Assembly: GCA_965153285.1 (NCBI GenBank)
Contig: OZ229115.1
DNA from: Podarcis tiliguerta
Lineage: Eukaryota
Length of the DNA stretch: 64,000 nt
Reading direction: 5' to 3' (one strand)
Part shown: positions 23,501 to 38,570 of the stretch, piece by piece
Layout: every line of letters starts with the position of its first letter
How positions within the stretch are numbered: the stretch's first letter is position 1
Program-made: the position numbers and the translations under genes
The notes under the pieces: model-generated
Seen by the model: only the letters and a program-made list of their open reading frames with translations
What the model was told of the DNA's origin: nothing
The model's database searches: none

Positions 23501-26500
23501 TATATAAACAAGTCACTAACCTTAGCCCTCTTGGTTATATAACCATCAATAGTATCAACTTTTGAGATCAAATGAGTTGGTCAATTTCTGAATATAACTT
23601 AGTCAGATACTACCCAACGTGTTGCTGGTTTCACCATTTGAATTAAAGAACCACTGTCTCTCTTTCATAAAAAATCATTTTGAAATATTATCCTCTCAGT
23701 TCTAGGTAGTTTACAGCAAATCTGATCCTGCTAGAAGATAACCACAAGGGCCAAATATTTGATTCACCCATCTTTGCTGTCCTCTTTCTCTGATGAAATC
23801 AAGCGTCCAGGTTTAGGGAGATAACTGGGCCTTCCACTTTTCCTCATTATGTTTCAAGCAATTTCCTTTCCAACCCACTTTCAGTATCAGATCCAGGCTG
23901 GGGATAAAATTGCTTGAAGCACGAGATCACACAGCAAGGCAAAGCAAGAGACACGGTAGGATCTGGCTGTTCTCAGCACCGGCCCCATTTCATGTTTTAA
24001 AAAGAGATTTGTCCCCAGCTATGCATGTGATTGAGTGGTCAGACACATTAACACATATATTGGTGGCACAAAATGCGGATGTTTAGTTGAGAAAAACGGA
24101 TCTACCAGAAAGTTCATTGCTGGGAAATTTTTTGAACTAGGCGCAACATGGCTCATAGCAGATGTTATAAGTTGTACGTGTTTTGTTTCTCAATTTGATA
24201 CTTTTACACGGTTTTGCATATATAGTGGTATTTTATGCACTATGACTTGCAGTTATTTTTAATTATCATGGTTTAGTAATTATTTATTGTAATTGTTAGG
24301 AGTGAATTTCTGTTTAATTGTCATTTGCTGATGTTTTGAGAGTTAATTTTATTGTGTACTGTTATATTCTAATAGATTACTGAATATTACTTTTTGGCAT
24401 AAGTCATTCCATTTTAAAGTTATGTTTTATTATGACTTTTTGTATTGGATCAGATTATTGTAAGGTGTGTGTGTCCTTTGTTGTGTATTTTGTTACTGTA
24501 CACTTCCTTGTGTACAGTAATATAGAAAGATGATATACAAATTAGAAATGGAATGGAATGGAATTCTCTTAAAACAATAACAGCCAAGGTTACTCCTGAG
24601 AGATCTTGCAAAATTTTGCAGAGCACAAAAAAGCATAATGGGGTGTGTGTAAAAAGACCTTTAATATTTTATACAATTTTATACACTATCAAGGTTCAGG
24701 CACATATGCTCATGTGTCAGAAAACTGGAAAGAAGCATTTTGTTTTTCCTTCTTTTGTATCTCAGTAACTTTTATACACTGGCTTAATTTGTAAGTGAGT
24801 CTAGTATGAGAAGAGTAGATCTGATAAATGTACTATTGGGAATTATGTCACATTCCAGATGATTAGCTTATATGCTTAGCTGGCATATAATTATAAGCAG
24901 CAACCTGATTATACTTTGTAAAAAGCATTAGAGTTATGTCACTGCCGCTTAAGAATGCTAAGTAACCTGAAGAAATTAAGCAGGTCTCCATAATGGAATC
25001 TAGAAGTTGAATAATTGCAAACTTTAAAAAAGTAATAGGTAAAATTTACTGTTATAAATTAGATCTGTTAATAATGGAATTTCAAGTAGTCATCAGCGGG
25101 AAAGGTTTGAGAACCACTGCTTTATTATGTTCAAATGTTTCATATTCATTCTCTCAGACATCCCAGCTATCAGTCTACATGGTAGGTCAGTACAACGGTC
25201 CTTACAATACAGGTTTGGTGGCCAATCCAAGAGAGAATAGCTTGCATTGATATCACTAAGTGGCCTTGAGAAGAGGTGAGACTGAATCAAAGATTTCTCT
25301 GCTCACAATATTAGTCAGGCACCTGGAAGTGGTTATAAGGTAGCTGGGGAAGCATTTGAGACAATCCAGTATTAAATTAAAGATGAAATGCTTTTCGATG
25401 GCCTGGCTCCATCTACATCATGGTTTTCCAAATTTTGGGTCTCCAGCAGTTTTTGGACTACAACTTCCATCATCCCTAGCTAGCAAGACCAGTGGTCGGG
25501 GTGATAGGAATGGTAGTCCAAAAACAGCTGGAGACCCAAGCTTGGGAAACACTGATCTACATCAATACTTGGATGAGAATGACAGAGATACTGAAGGAGT
25601 TTTACATTACGCAGAAGGAAATTAGCAAGTATCGAACATGAATGATTGTGGCTTATCTGAGAATCCTCAAAAAGTGACGCCTCAAAGGATCAGTATCCAT
25701 GAATTGAAACTGCCACGCACAATCCCTTGTGGGCTTCTGCTCCACTTTAGTACATGTTAATCCACTGTATGCAGGGGGGGGGGAGGACCACTCGCAGATA
25801 GTGTTGGTCTTGTTGCTATGCTAGTTTAGCACCACCCTAGACTGTATTTTTACAAACATTCTGTGAACCACCTGAATGAAGATTGTGGGCCACTGGCTGC
25901 CCACGGACCACAATTTGGGAAACCCTGCTTTCGTGTATGCAAGGATGCAAAGGAGACAGTGTACTTTATAATGACTCCCTGCCAGAAATATTTGTACTCT
26001 TGCGGCTGTAACCCACAGAACTCTAAAGATATTGGGGGGGGGGGGAGCTGTAATACATACATCTCTAACATATACCAGAGGGATCACTAATGTAATTGTT
26101 TAAAAAATTGGCAGGTTCTCTCTTTTCACCTTGTAAGCCTATCACCATGGAAACTAAATGGTTCTTAATAGCATCCCTTATGGCAACTGCTGTTTCTTGC
26201 GATGCAGGTGGGGGACTATACTGAACCTTTGTTTTTGTTACTGTATGCACTTTTATCACTTCCACACAGTGTTGTTCTGTGACTAATACTCAGCTTAAAA
26301 TAATCAAAGCGCTTTTATTAAAAGGGGGTAGCTTTTCTTTAAAGAGAGAGAGAGAGAGAGATTTAGTGTCAATATTAAAAAGCACCACTGTTGTTGTTTT
26401 AAAAGAGCTCTTGTTTTGAAATCAGACAGTGTGTAATAGAATTCCAGATTCATAGCACATAAAAATGAACACACAATAGAGAATACTTCTGCTGGATTGA

Positions 26501-26520
26501 AGGAAAAGAGAGAAAGAGAA

Positions 26521-26556
<36 letters not shown>

Positions 26557-26754
26557 GGAGAAGGCAACATACTGAAAGGGAAGGTATTACGGGTTTTTGG
26601 TTGACATCTACAATACATAGTTTTGCTGATCCATAAGCAGGGCACTGCTGGATCAGAGCACAGGCGGTGGCCAACCAGATGCTCCCAATGTTGTAACTTT
26701 AGCTAGTGTGCAGTAACAGACTTAGGACAGGAAAGCTTAGGTTTAAACCCAATA

Positions 26755-26909
26755 CAGTGGTACCTTGGTTCCCGAACTCAATCCATTCTGGAAGTCTGTT
26801 CCAAAACATTCGCAAACCAAGGCACGGCTTCTGATTGGCCCCAGAAACAATGCCGACAGTCGGAACAGACATTCGGCTGACAATCCATTTGGGAACCAAG
26901 GTACCACTG
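26755..26909. mobile_element. Tigger-like MITE inserted in an older MIR-like SINE
   Basis: TA-CAGTGGTACCTTGGTTCCC ... GGGAACCAAGGTACCACTG-TA. Confidence 0.85.
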
Positions 26910-29900
26910 TATCAGCTTTGACATGGAACTCAATGGGTTGCCTTGAGCATGTCGCTGTTTTGCAACCTAAACTATATCACAGGATTGGGCTGAGGATTTA
27001 AAGAACAACAAACAACAACAAATGACTTCAAGAGTGTCATGGTGAACTGCACAGAGGGAGGGGGATACAAATAAAAAGTTTATACGAAAAAATGTTTCAC
27101 ATAGCCCAAACACACATTTAGACAAGAATTAGTGATTACACCAAAGCTGTTTGTAGGAAGGGCTCAGTTCAACCTCCTGCTTCCTCTACCAAAGAGAATT
27201 GACTTTGTCAACAATTTGCTAACTCGGGTTATGCACAAGCATCAGCTAAATCAGGCAGGGACAAGTATCTGACTGCGTGGGGCTCATCATCTAGCGAGGG
27301 ATGTGTGCTGATGCTTACTTATTATGCCTCACTGGATTGAGACAGCTACATATAAAGCAGCTCTTGGCAGGACTGTATTTCAGATATAAATCAACAAGCT
27401 TAATACAGTAAAACTCATCCCACAATGCCATACAAATGTCATGCAGCACTCACACAGTGCTAGCTTTTCAGCTGGGAGTCTAAAATTAGAAAACTGCTGG
27501 TATCTCTGAAAATCATTAATAGTGAAATGTATCTCATCTCAGTTGCTCTTATAAGCTTCTGTTCAAAAGGAGCTTGTAAATAGGATTGTTCATTTGTGCA
27601 TCTGTAAATCCAGGAAATGCTATTTTTAAAGGCAGGAGGTGAGGCACACACTGCAAAATGTAGGCTTCTTTGGAATATATATATTTCACACTGGGTTCTT
27701 TTATTCATTTTTGAAATACTCATTTATTGCAAGGTACTTTATTTCTATAATATTCTAAAGTGCATCCAGTAATGGCACATTTTAGAGAGAACACAGGCTT
27801 AAGGAAGTTTCTAGGAAGCAAAAGATCAACCACATAAGGGCACTCATTGTTTATAATTGGCTCTGAAAGAGCGCAGCCCCAGCGCCACACAACAGTGGGA
27901 AGTGATGAGATGGATTCTGTCAGACTCTGCTTTGCACAAAGATCCAGGTTAGGAGGTCTCAGCCGGGCATTTCCGACGCTCCAACTTAAAACCGAACACA
28001 TTAGTGGCATGAGAGAAGTGGAGATGGACAGGTGGGGGGGGGGGAGAATACTTATCACATAAAGACTTGTGTCCCCTTTAGTCATTACAGTAATACAAAC
28101 CCTACAGAGTGATAAGCTGCTGACTAACCGATTTACTAGAAAGCTGACCTGCACATTTCCTCATCTAGTGGATAAGGGACTGACTGTGACAAGCTGGCAG
28201 AGCAATGACAGCTAGACAGAAAGGGAAGGCCCAGTGACTGGGGAAAAGCTCAAGCACTGCGGGAGGAGATGAGACGGCACTGTTACATCAGTACATTGAA
28301 GTATCTCGTGGTTTAAAATGATAATTAGATATAAAGCCACAACGAAGGGCTTATTGGGAATCCGGAAGTTAATGCTGCTTTAGAGAAGCTTTATTCAGGG
28401 AATGCTACTAAACATTACGAGGCAAGGGCAAGGCATTTAAGCTACAGCTCAGGGATCTCTCGACTTTCCTGAGCTCCTTCACCTACTCTTCACCTGAGTT
28501 GGAGAAGGAAAAGCTTCCTTTGGGCAGTAAAATTAACTCTCATTAACATGCTACAGTCCTCTGGAAGAGTTTCTGTTCTATTTACCTTGCCTTGTCTCTC
28601 TAGGGTGCTGAACTATTTGAAGTAGAAGTATAACCTCGATTAGAGAGGCATGCTCAATCTCTTCACTACAGAAATTAAATTATTATTATTTCTATTAATT
28701 GTAGTAATTATGTTAAACATTTAAAATGCTCTGTCAAGTCATGGGGGGAATTTCACAAAGCTTAGGATGAAAATGGACTTATCTGCAAGAGCTGCATTTG
28801 TTTCTTAACTCATGCCTGTGCTACTCATATATTAAAGGTGTGAGCATTTAATTAATTAATGTGGATAAGGGAGGTGAACCTTGCTACCCCTCCATTTTTC
28901 TTCTAGCCCAGCTCTGATGCTGAGAATGAGTTGACCTGGAAGTAAGCATATGGGCACCCAAAACAGGCCTTACACAGAGTCAGACCCTTGGTCCATCTAG
29001 CCCAGGATTGTTGACCCCCAACTGCGAAAATCTCTCCAGCATTTTCAGCAGAAGTCTTTCCCATCACCAAGAACAAGGTCCTGGATGTGCCAAGGACTAA
29101 ACTTGCTTGCAACAGAAGTGTTCTTCCACTGACTGAGCTACAGCCCTTAAGGCAACAGAGCACGGGGACATATTGAAGGGGAAAGCATCACTGATTGCCC
29201 CTTCTGGTATGGAAATTAGACATCTTCCACCTCCTGCTTTTTCTGATTATCACCCTGACCCACCTACAAAACTTCAGCTGTCAGTGCGGGAAACAGGTCA
29301 GGGCCTCCAATAAGGATCTAACATGCAAGGGCTGCATGCAAGACACAGGGAAAAACACACCCATATTTCTACAGCCAGTCCTGGTGCGGAGCTCGTTGAA
29401 ATATTAGGGTAATGTTGACTACTGGGAAAACAAACTGCTTGACTTTGCTCTCTGTAACTTACTGACTTTTAAAAGTATCCCAAACCCATCTGACGCCTCA
29501 GTCCAGATACATTCCCCATCTCCTAACATATTTAATATTAAAGTGATTTTCTTTTTTTAATTGCAGCTTTAAAGTGGTGACACTGAATTCTGATGTATTT
29601 CCAAGTTCGGGGAGATGGGAGTGGAGGGAACAAAACCAAGACAGAATTTCTTGGGTGGGTGCCCTCAGCAAACCACTTTCCGATATATTAATTACAGTAA
29701 GCACTGAACTGTAGCTAACAGAGTTTCACTTATATACAGAGTTCAATGAGTACTGTACATTAATTAGGCCCCAGAGAGATGGGAGACCTTTTCACTATTT
29801 TACTCATACTGTATAACTAAAGGATTGACACACAGAGGGTCAGATTTTTAACATTCACAAGCCTAGGTATTTATTTAAGCTTAGGATGTTGGAATGTAGC

Positions 29901-30318
29901 TGCAGGATATTGGAAATCAGAGATACCGATGCCCTTGTAGTTATTCACTAGAGCAGTCTTTCCTACTGTTCTAGTTTGATTTGTAATCTAGAATAAAGCT
30001 ACATGACGCAATTCAGTGTGTGTTCAGAAAGCCAAACATCAGACACAAGCTTGCTAATATACTGGAATATTAAGCAGGTAGCACCAGTAAGAACACAGCA
30101 TTGCTCATTCCAGTGTAACTGATTAGGAGGTAGGTTCTCATCTCAGTTCTGCTTGCATAGCTTTATTGATCAGAGCCACACAGACGGAGAAGATATCTGC
30201 CAGTAGCTTTGCAGCAAGTGTGCCTTATTTTCTATATATAACTTGCCTTATTCCCATGAAGAAGCCACGAGAAAAGGGAAACACAGCTTCATAGGTGGTT
30301 AAGTGTGACTGTCTAAAT

Positions 30319-30509
30319 CAGAGCTTTCTATGTTGGTGACACACTTTTTAGGCATGCAGCATTTCAAGACACAGTAATTCAGTTTTACTAGCAAACTGGA
30401 GGTTCAAATAACCCCTTTCCAGATCCGGAAGGAGCGTGGGCAGCGTTTGCATGGCACACACTGCAGCCAACACACTAACGTGTCACGATACACGCTTTGG
30501 AAAGCTCTG
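30319..30509. mobile_element. hAT (Charlie-like) MITE
   Basis: CAGAGCTTTC / GAAAGCTCTG TIRs; perfect 8-bp TSD GTCTAAAT. Confidence 0.88.
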
Positions 30510-32779
30510 GTCTAAATAATAATAATAATAATAATAATTAATAATAATACATTTTTTCAGAACAAGCTACACCTAGAATTGTGCTGACTGCTCACTTGAA
30601 AAAACAGGTAGCTACGATTCTATATGCATTCAATCCCAAAGAAACTCTGAATTAATCAACCTGTGTAATTATGCAAATTGAATAACTGGCATGCTCTTTT
30701 ATTTTGCCAGTCTTAAAGGAGAAGGGCAAACAACAACTGCAGAGCACAGGAAATGCAGCCCAACTACTAGAAATGTTATTCTGCCACCTTTGTGACTTCT
30801 GACATTTCAGCAGAGGCTGCCGACTTATTTTCCCAAGCACATTTTCACAGCCACAAGAGACAGAATTTTTTAAGAGTTAAACCCATTACGACGTTCTGTG
30901 CTTTTTCAGCTTTCAAACAGAACTGTGGTACACACATGGCCCTTTCAAACCCACCTCTGCCCTGGTGAAGGAAAGCTCCAATCCTCCTTCCCTGAGAAAG
31001 GATTGTACCTGTCATCTCACTCATCTCTCCATACTGATCCCTGACCATACCTTGTCGAGATCCACCTACAGCTATGTAACATACAATTTGATTGAACACC
31101 AACAGTAAGGGAGTATAGCCATATGCAGGCACATCTGTTTTATATGGTCCTTCCTTTCAAAAAACAAACAAACAAACTAGGATAAAAGTGGTGTATAAAT
31201 TTATTAAATAGATATAATAAATTAACATCCCCAGAAGTGGATATGGGCAAGTACGTATGTTTACACAAGGCAAGATATATGGTCATATAATGTTGTGCAA
31301 AGCAAAGCAGCAGCTAAATAGAATCAAATCAATTTAATAAGCTCAGCAAATTGTCCTGGAAAAAGGAATACTGGAAGACAGAATAATAGTGCTCTCACAC
31401 AGGTTTGCCATTTTATGCCTATATTCTGCTAAAAATGCCACATCAGCTTTGTAATCTCCAGACAAAGGATAGTTCTCAGTGCTAATTGCATTATAATAAA
31501 GCTTCCCCTTCTTCCAACCATTCTCACATTAACAACAAAGCTAACTGCCCCTCTGAGAAATGAGAGGCAATCTGTAGGTAGCATCCAGTATAGCGTAATA
31601 ATTCTTCCTAATGCATACTCTTAACCTGGATTACTCAAAACAGATTTAGCAGATTTTTGCCTCGCCTTAGGCCTCACTAACAAGATAACAGGGAAAAGCA
31701 TATGACATTTAGGCCTTTTAGCTAGTGCAGGCAAAAAAATCTAAGTAACGCCAAGGCTTTGCATGATTGAGATGCTGAAAAATAACAATAAAAGGTTGGT
31801 AACCCACGCTTTGTAGATTTGCTGGTGTACAGGTGCTGAATACCTACGGAGCAGCATGAGTACCACTTCAAGCTTTATGGTGGCAGAATACGTTTAATCT
31901 GGCAGAATACGTTTCACAAATTTACGGTTTTGTATACATTGTAATAGATGGGACACCAAAAAAAGATATACATCTGGTTTAAAAATAGAGCTGATTAAAA
32001 TGCATTGAAAAAGGTTCAGGGAAAGGATCTTCATTTGTGTTTTGGTCTAGTCCCCAGCACGAGGATGCACTTTTTCTGATTAGAGAATAATACAGGCTGC
32101 ATAGTGCTGAATAATAATTAACCATTTTTACAGCCACCACCTCCTGCTACCCATAATTGCAAGCAGACACACAACAAGGTTAAGTGAAAGACACAGAGCT
32201 AAAGAATAGCCTTTTAGGGAAAAGGCTTTTTTATTCATTTACTAATAATTGATCCCAGTTAATAAAAGCATTAACTGCTAGCCATTTCTGAGACAGGTAC
32301 TATGAAGTGCTTTATTGTACACCTCAGATAGGCTTGATTTTTTTAAAAAAATAGGCGATGATCCCCAAAACAAAATGTAAACAAGATTTGTCTGATAATA
32401 CAATATAATGCTCTTTCTTCATCCAGTGAAAAAAGAGCACATGCAGAGAGACTAGTTGAATTAAAGCAAGGTTTTGCTGTTAGCATGTAAAGCCCTAATG
32501 ACCTAGGATCAAAGTACTTTACTATTACATTATTATTACACCGTTCCTTGAAGGAACTCAAGGCGGCGTACATAGTGCTCCCCCTCCCCATTTTATCCTG
32601 ACAACAACCCTGTGAAGTAGGCAAGGCTGAGAAGCAGTGACTGGCTCAAGGTTGCTCGGCCAGTCCCTGCCTGACAGTCTAACCCAGTGAGCTTCATGGG
32701 CAACCAGCAATCTGAACATTGGTCTCCAGGTCCCAGTCAAACACTAACCGCAACACCACATTAGCTCTAAGTGTTTAAG

Positions 32780-32902
32780 CAGTGCCTCCCCAGATGTTGT
32801 TGGACTACAACTCCCATCATCCCTGACCACTGGTCATGCTGGCTAGGCATGATGGGAGTTGTAGTCAAACAACATCTGGGGACCCACAGGTTGAGAAACA
32901 CT
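32780..32902. mobile_element. Representative short palindromic hAT MITE (related copies ~9510, 19170, 20850, 22533, 25418, 33594, 35505, 35960, 62389)
   Basis: CCAGATGTTGTTGGACTACAACTCCCATCATCCC...GATGGGAGTTGTAGTC...ACATCTGG fold-back pattern. Confidence 0.75.
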
Positions 32903-35900
32903 GTGCTATATCTTCCAAGCTGTGCATTAAAATCAGCAGGGAACAATGCCTGCTTTTTGTTCCATTTGTAGAAAGTCCTAGGAGACCAGTAACACAAGAC
33001 AGAGCATCTCGGTGGCTATGCCCAACTTAATGGAATTTCCTCCCAGGTATTTTCAGGGGGCATGGATAGTGAAAGCGGCTCAATCCCTGGTATCTGCACG
33101 ACTTAAATTTGCAGTATTGATAGCAAGCTAGGACAGTGGGGAGTAAGTCCCATGTTTCTGACCTCTCTCTTCCCAAGGCAAAGCTGTTTAAAACCTCAGA
33201 AGAGCACTTAACCATTATGACATAAACCTTGCTTGAGACACAGAGAGCAGCTGCCAAGTTTCTGTGCACAGAATAGATTAGCAAAATCCAGATTAGAAAA
33301 AATTTAGTGTACAACTAAAAAAAGCAATGCTTCATCCTGGTTGGTAAATATAGTAGCCCTTAAGCATTTAATGTGGATCTCTTTCTCCACCTCACACACT
33401 GCTTTACTGATGCATAGATACCAAAGCTAACACAAAACAAAACACTAGAAGTCCCATACCATTTCAGCAACACTTCCATTATTAGGAATGGGGGAAAGGA
33501 AATCCTGCTCTTTCAAGAAAAATATTTTTTTCATCCACTTTAAGAATCTAGTATTGCCTGTCTTACTGGCCACCTAAGTCTACTGCGAGGTTCTGGCTTC
33601 CCCAACCTGGTGCCTTCCAGATGTTTTGGACAACACTCATCATTCCTGGTAACTGATGCTGGTAAGGCTGATAAGAGTTGTGCTCCAAAACGTCTAGAGG
33701 GCACCAAGTTGGGGAAGGCAGACCAAGACTGTTGCTCCTTTCCTGAAATTATTTCCTGTTCCTCTAACAATCTTAACAACAACAACAAAAGTATTCTGAC
33801 AACTTGCATCCAAGCACCAGCATTATACCCGGTGAATGAATACATGCAAACAACATTTAATTTGCTTGATTTACTCTGGCATTTCAGGTTCTGTGCCTAA
33901 TTTTGTGGAACACACAGGCCTGATAACAGCTTGCAGCCTGCTGCTGTCAACAGGTTCTTGAATTAAAGGATCTGAACAGAGAGGCAAAAATTCCCACGTG
34001 CAAAGTGTTGGTAACTGTTGTCCAAACATCATGATTAGCACAGGAAAAGCCAAAAGGTCACTAGTACACACTAGTGTCAAGATGACATATGAAATGGATG
34101 TCATTCATGCAAAGTTTTCTCCATCCCCAGACCTCCTTTCCTGTCCGCTTTGAATTCCTGCCTTGTTATTTTACTCTTGTTCTCACTTGAGGGAAAGAGA
34201 TTAGTCGGGAAACAAGCCTCAGGCACTTCCCATAACCTAAGTATCCAGCACTCCTTGTTTTGCTTCAGACACACCAAAGAAAGAAGCCTACAACTCACGC
34301 TGATTTTCCTCCACCCTACAAGAAACCCCATTGGACACAGAAGAATGCCAGTCAAGTTCATCAAAACCAAAGCAGACGCACCATGGAATCCATAATGTAT
34401 GCAGCAGAAGAATGGACATTCTAGGCTACATTCAACCTCTTGATGTATGATACAAAATAATCATTATTGATAAAACTCAATAATTATTTTAATTAATTAA
34501 AATACCCCAGATCACTGGACTTAGAATGGAATTAGTAGGCATATGTGTCAAGTACAGGGATAATTCAGTCAACAGCTACTTCAATGAATCCACAGGACAA
34601 CAACCTGGAAGCAATTCATCAGCTTTCACTTATAACCTGACCACACAAAGACAGAAGAGAATGGCCGTACAATAGATGTATCACTTAGTAAGAACATTTA
34701 CAAATTCTCCAGAAAACAAAAAACAAGTTCCAAAGGTTTATACTAACTTGTGGATCACTTAATAAGAACGTGTTTTACAGATGTATACTGTTAGAAGTTG
34801 TGTTGCAGGTAGGGAAATACAGGGTTTCATAAAGTATTTCAAATGTATCTTAAAGAGGCTGCCTTAATTGTGCAATGAGGGTGGCAGTAGTGAATACTAT
34901 GGGATTTACAGGGAAAGCGTTTCATTCATATTGCCAAGTATCTTAAAACTAGGTACTGGGAAACAAGCTTTCTAGGTACTGGGAAACAAGCTTTCTAAGT
35001 TGTATGGTTCCTTCTATTTTCAAGTTTCTGCAATTTGCTCCCCTTTCTCACAGACCACCCACATTTTGGAAGAATTCAATTGGATTAAACCCCTGGAAGT
35101 GAAATTTGTGAATGGTCTTTTTACTGCCTGAATGGCTGACTATGCTTTATGTATTACTATATGTATGACCCACTGAACACATGCATGTGCTTTTATGTTT
35201 ATGCTTGCAGTTCTGTACATTCGTAATAAAAATAAATATAAATTTGTGGTTGTGGTTTTATTCCGGTCTTCCATTTTAAACTGTGAATTGTTTTTTATTA
35301 GTCATAAATATTTCCTTTTATTACTTCAAGCCAGTGTTTTTCCGAGACTTCACACCCTTGGGGAACTCTTTCCACAGTGATTCATCTTGCCAAGCAAGCC
35401 CTGCACCTTGGCGACAAAACTGTTATGTGTTACAAATAATTCTGGCAATGAACTCTGTTCAATCTGGGTTCTGTGCCAGGCTTGCTGGGTGTAGATGTTA
35501 TCCTACAGTAGGATACCCTCCAGATGTTATGGACTACAAAACCCATCATCCCTGACTATGCAGGCCGAGGATGACAGACATTGTAGTCCATGACATCTGA
35601 ATGACATCACACTGGCTACCCCTGACCAATGGGAACAGAGTGCACCCTAGATTGTATGTTTTGCTGCTTTCTGGCCTTCTGAACTGATGCCCTAGTAAAT
35701 TATGCTACATATTATGTTACAAAAAAGCTATTTCACATGCTTGTGATTTTTAATCTAAATCTAAGACTCTATATAACTAGGCAAAGTATACTTTTATTCA
35801 AATAAAAGACAATGGGTTGTATTCAAGTAAGTCAAACTCTGAGCAGACCCACAGTTAGTAAAGATGAACTTATGTCCACTAATTTCAATGTATATGTTCC

Positions 35901-36320
35901 AAGCATAACTTAGGTGGGTAGAATGGAATATAAAAGTCAAATGTTCTTACTATCCAGAGCCAATATGGGGCCCTGCAGATGTTGTGAACGACAACGCCCA
36001 TCAGACCAGTTGGTACAGCCAATATTCAGGAATGATGGGAGCTGCAGACCAGCACCATCTGGAGGGTGCCATGTTGTCTGCCCTGGTACCCAAAAAATAA
36101 CTTTCTGGATTTCCAGAATTCCTGAATCTGAATATTGTGAACAAGTGAGAGAAACACTGAAGAAATAGGTCTATCATATCTATTTCTTGCAAAGTAAGAT
36201 GTGACTTCAATTTATGGAACGTTTTTAAAAGCTAATTCATGACAAACTTCAAACCCAAACAGAAATGCTGCTAACAGCCAGGTATACGACTAATGCCAAA
36301 ACTCTAATGCCAGAACTCAC

Positions 36321-36580
36321 CATCTGAATGGGTTTCTTGTGCAAGTCTCTCTCCGTTACTAGCTTCTCTTGGTCAGTGACATAGAGGCCTTTTTGTGCCA
36401 AGGCTTGGATAACTGCATCATGGCCCAGGAGCGGTTTGGCAGCATCACTCTTGAGAATAAGACTCCCAGCACGACAGTAGAATTCAGCAGATAGCAGCGA
36501 TTTAACAACAGGAGGTTTAATATGTTCCTGGTCATACTGATCCGTATAAAATGGTTCTCGAAGATCCTCTGGTACATTTT
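36321..36580 (-). CDS. CAMSAP2: CAMSAP2 coding exon 2 (260 nt)
   Basis: TTTTGTAG acceptor and GTGAG donor; encodes (E)NVPEDLREPFYTDQYDQEHIKPPVVKSLLSAEFYCRAGSLILKSDAAKPLLGHDAVIQALAQKGLYVTDQEKLVTERDLHKKPIQM, in frame with exon 1. Confidence 0.96.
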
Positions 36581-37615
36581 CTACAAAAGAAGAGGGGAAA
36601 GCCTTTGAATTACATTATTTGTAATTATTTGAATTATTATAGAAGGAAGTGCAAAATTCCTATATTTTATCATTTTTAGGAAGCGGAACACCCACATTAC
36701 AAGACTGCCTTTCACTCCCCACCCTGAAGAACTTCCCAAAGCCTAACCTGGGGGTAAGAGGGGTAAATAATGCCAACTTTAATTATGCACATTAGCTCCT
36801 GCAGAGCTGCAGTGGGTCAAATCAATGTTTTGGTATGCAACTGCAAACCTTTCAATTGGCTTACACCATCCTCCGGTCAAACTGCACAGGATGTCAGAAA
36901 TCCATGACAGAGATCCCATCCTTAAGGTTTGCTAGCAGGCAGATGCTTTGAAGAAGGAACAGGTGGTAGTAGGACTGGGGGTGTTAAAAAAGCCGTTCCA
37001 GTTGCACCATTTCCCCAAAAGAAATAGCCCCAGAAGCTGTCCCTAGCTCAGTGGGGAAATTTCAACCAGGCATCTGGAATGGGGGGGGAAACTGTTCATA
37101 TCCTCCTCCGGTGCCACTTCCCCACCCTTGTATTTTACCACTAGCCTGTAGTCACGAAGCCTAGAATTCTACTGCATACTCCATCCCTCCTCAGCGCCCA
37201 GCAAAGACAGTTTGCTAAAGAAGGGGAGCCGCTTCCTCTGCACACAGCAGCTCTGTGTTCCTCCTCTGCCACATCCAGCAAGCTAGTGAAAAGAGTGTGG
37301 AAGCTACTAATATTAAGTGGCTGATTTACAAGGATGCACTTCCCCGATTGTCAAAGCAGCTGAATAAGGCTGTCAATTAGTTGTTGTTTTTAATGTGAGG
37401 TGTTCCGATTATTGCTTTCCCACATTGTTCAGTCTGCTCCTCAGGGACACCATCCTACTTGATGGAGCAAAGCTAATAAGGAACCGACAAGTACTGAATG
37501 AGTTGCACAACATATGGGGGGGGGAACCCTTTTAAGTTTTTAGCAGCAGCCTAAAGCAATTATTTACTGTTTATATATTGTGGGGTTTGGCTTTGTGCTT
37601 CCTCCCTGGCACACA

Positions 37616-37753
37616 ACATAGAATCATAGATCTGCAGAGCTGGAAGGGACCACAAGTGTCATCTAGCTCAACTCCCTGTGATGCAGGAATGTTTGCCCAA
37701 TGTGGGGCTCAAACTCACAACCCTGAAATTAAGAGTCTCATGCTCAACCGAGC
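37616..37753 (-). mobile_element. tRNA-head/CR1-tail SINE (Squam2-like); related pieces at ~42860-42951 and ~60355-60430 (+)
   Basis: CCCTTCCAGCTCT...ATGATTCTATG CR1-type tail. Confidence 0.6.
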
Positions 37754-38069
37754 ATTTTTTAAATGTGAAAAACTTCCAACCTGTGCCAGTTTATTAATAA
37801 CATCTGTATCTATTATTGCACATTTGTGGAAACAAGATGGCATCAGGGTATCTATTCCAGGCTGAATCCGCTAACTTTGGGGTTTGCAGCAAATTTCTGG
37901 GCAACCCTATTAATTTTGTTCATTTGTAGAAATTAAAATTATACAATAAATGATAAGCTGAATTTTGTGAACAGTATAACTAGGATCAACATCATTGCAT
38001 TAGGATGAGCCGGCTTTTGTCAAACGTGCCTGACATGAAATTAGAATATTCCTTAAACAACATGTGGGC

Positions 38070-38570
38070 GCCATCAAATAGAAGAGGATGCCTTCACCCC
38101 AATATGGCTCCCTTTTATCACATACACAGCCCAACAAGACAACAACAAAAACCCACTGACAGTATGCGAAACAATCTGATTAACTTGACTCAACAATTCT
38201 GCCCGCCACACGAACAAATCTCACTGCAGCCAACTAAACACAACCAACCATGCCCGGGCCCCCCCACCCAACCTCTCTCACTACCAAGGAAATATAATAA
38301 ACAAACAGAAAGACGCCAAATGACACTGACATAAAAACCCCAATACACACTAAATATAAAAATATAAGTTAACCACTCCCCCCCCTTTTCTTCTTCCCCA
38401 ACCTTATTCTGTATTCAACACCAATGTCTCACATCATATGTAACAGATATATGGAAGACTTTACAACCTAAGAAAAGAGATAAAGATTTTCTTTGTTTAC
38501 AAAAGCACATGCATTAATAAAAATTATTTTTAAAAAACAAACAAACAAACAACAAACAAACAAACAAACA
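38070..38570 (+). mobile_element. 5'-truncated L1/Tx1-like 3' fragment
   Basis: IWLPFITY-like ORF2 end, AATAAA and (AAAC)n tail; TSD AACATGTGGGC at 38059-38069 and 38571-38581. Confidence 0.7.
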
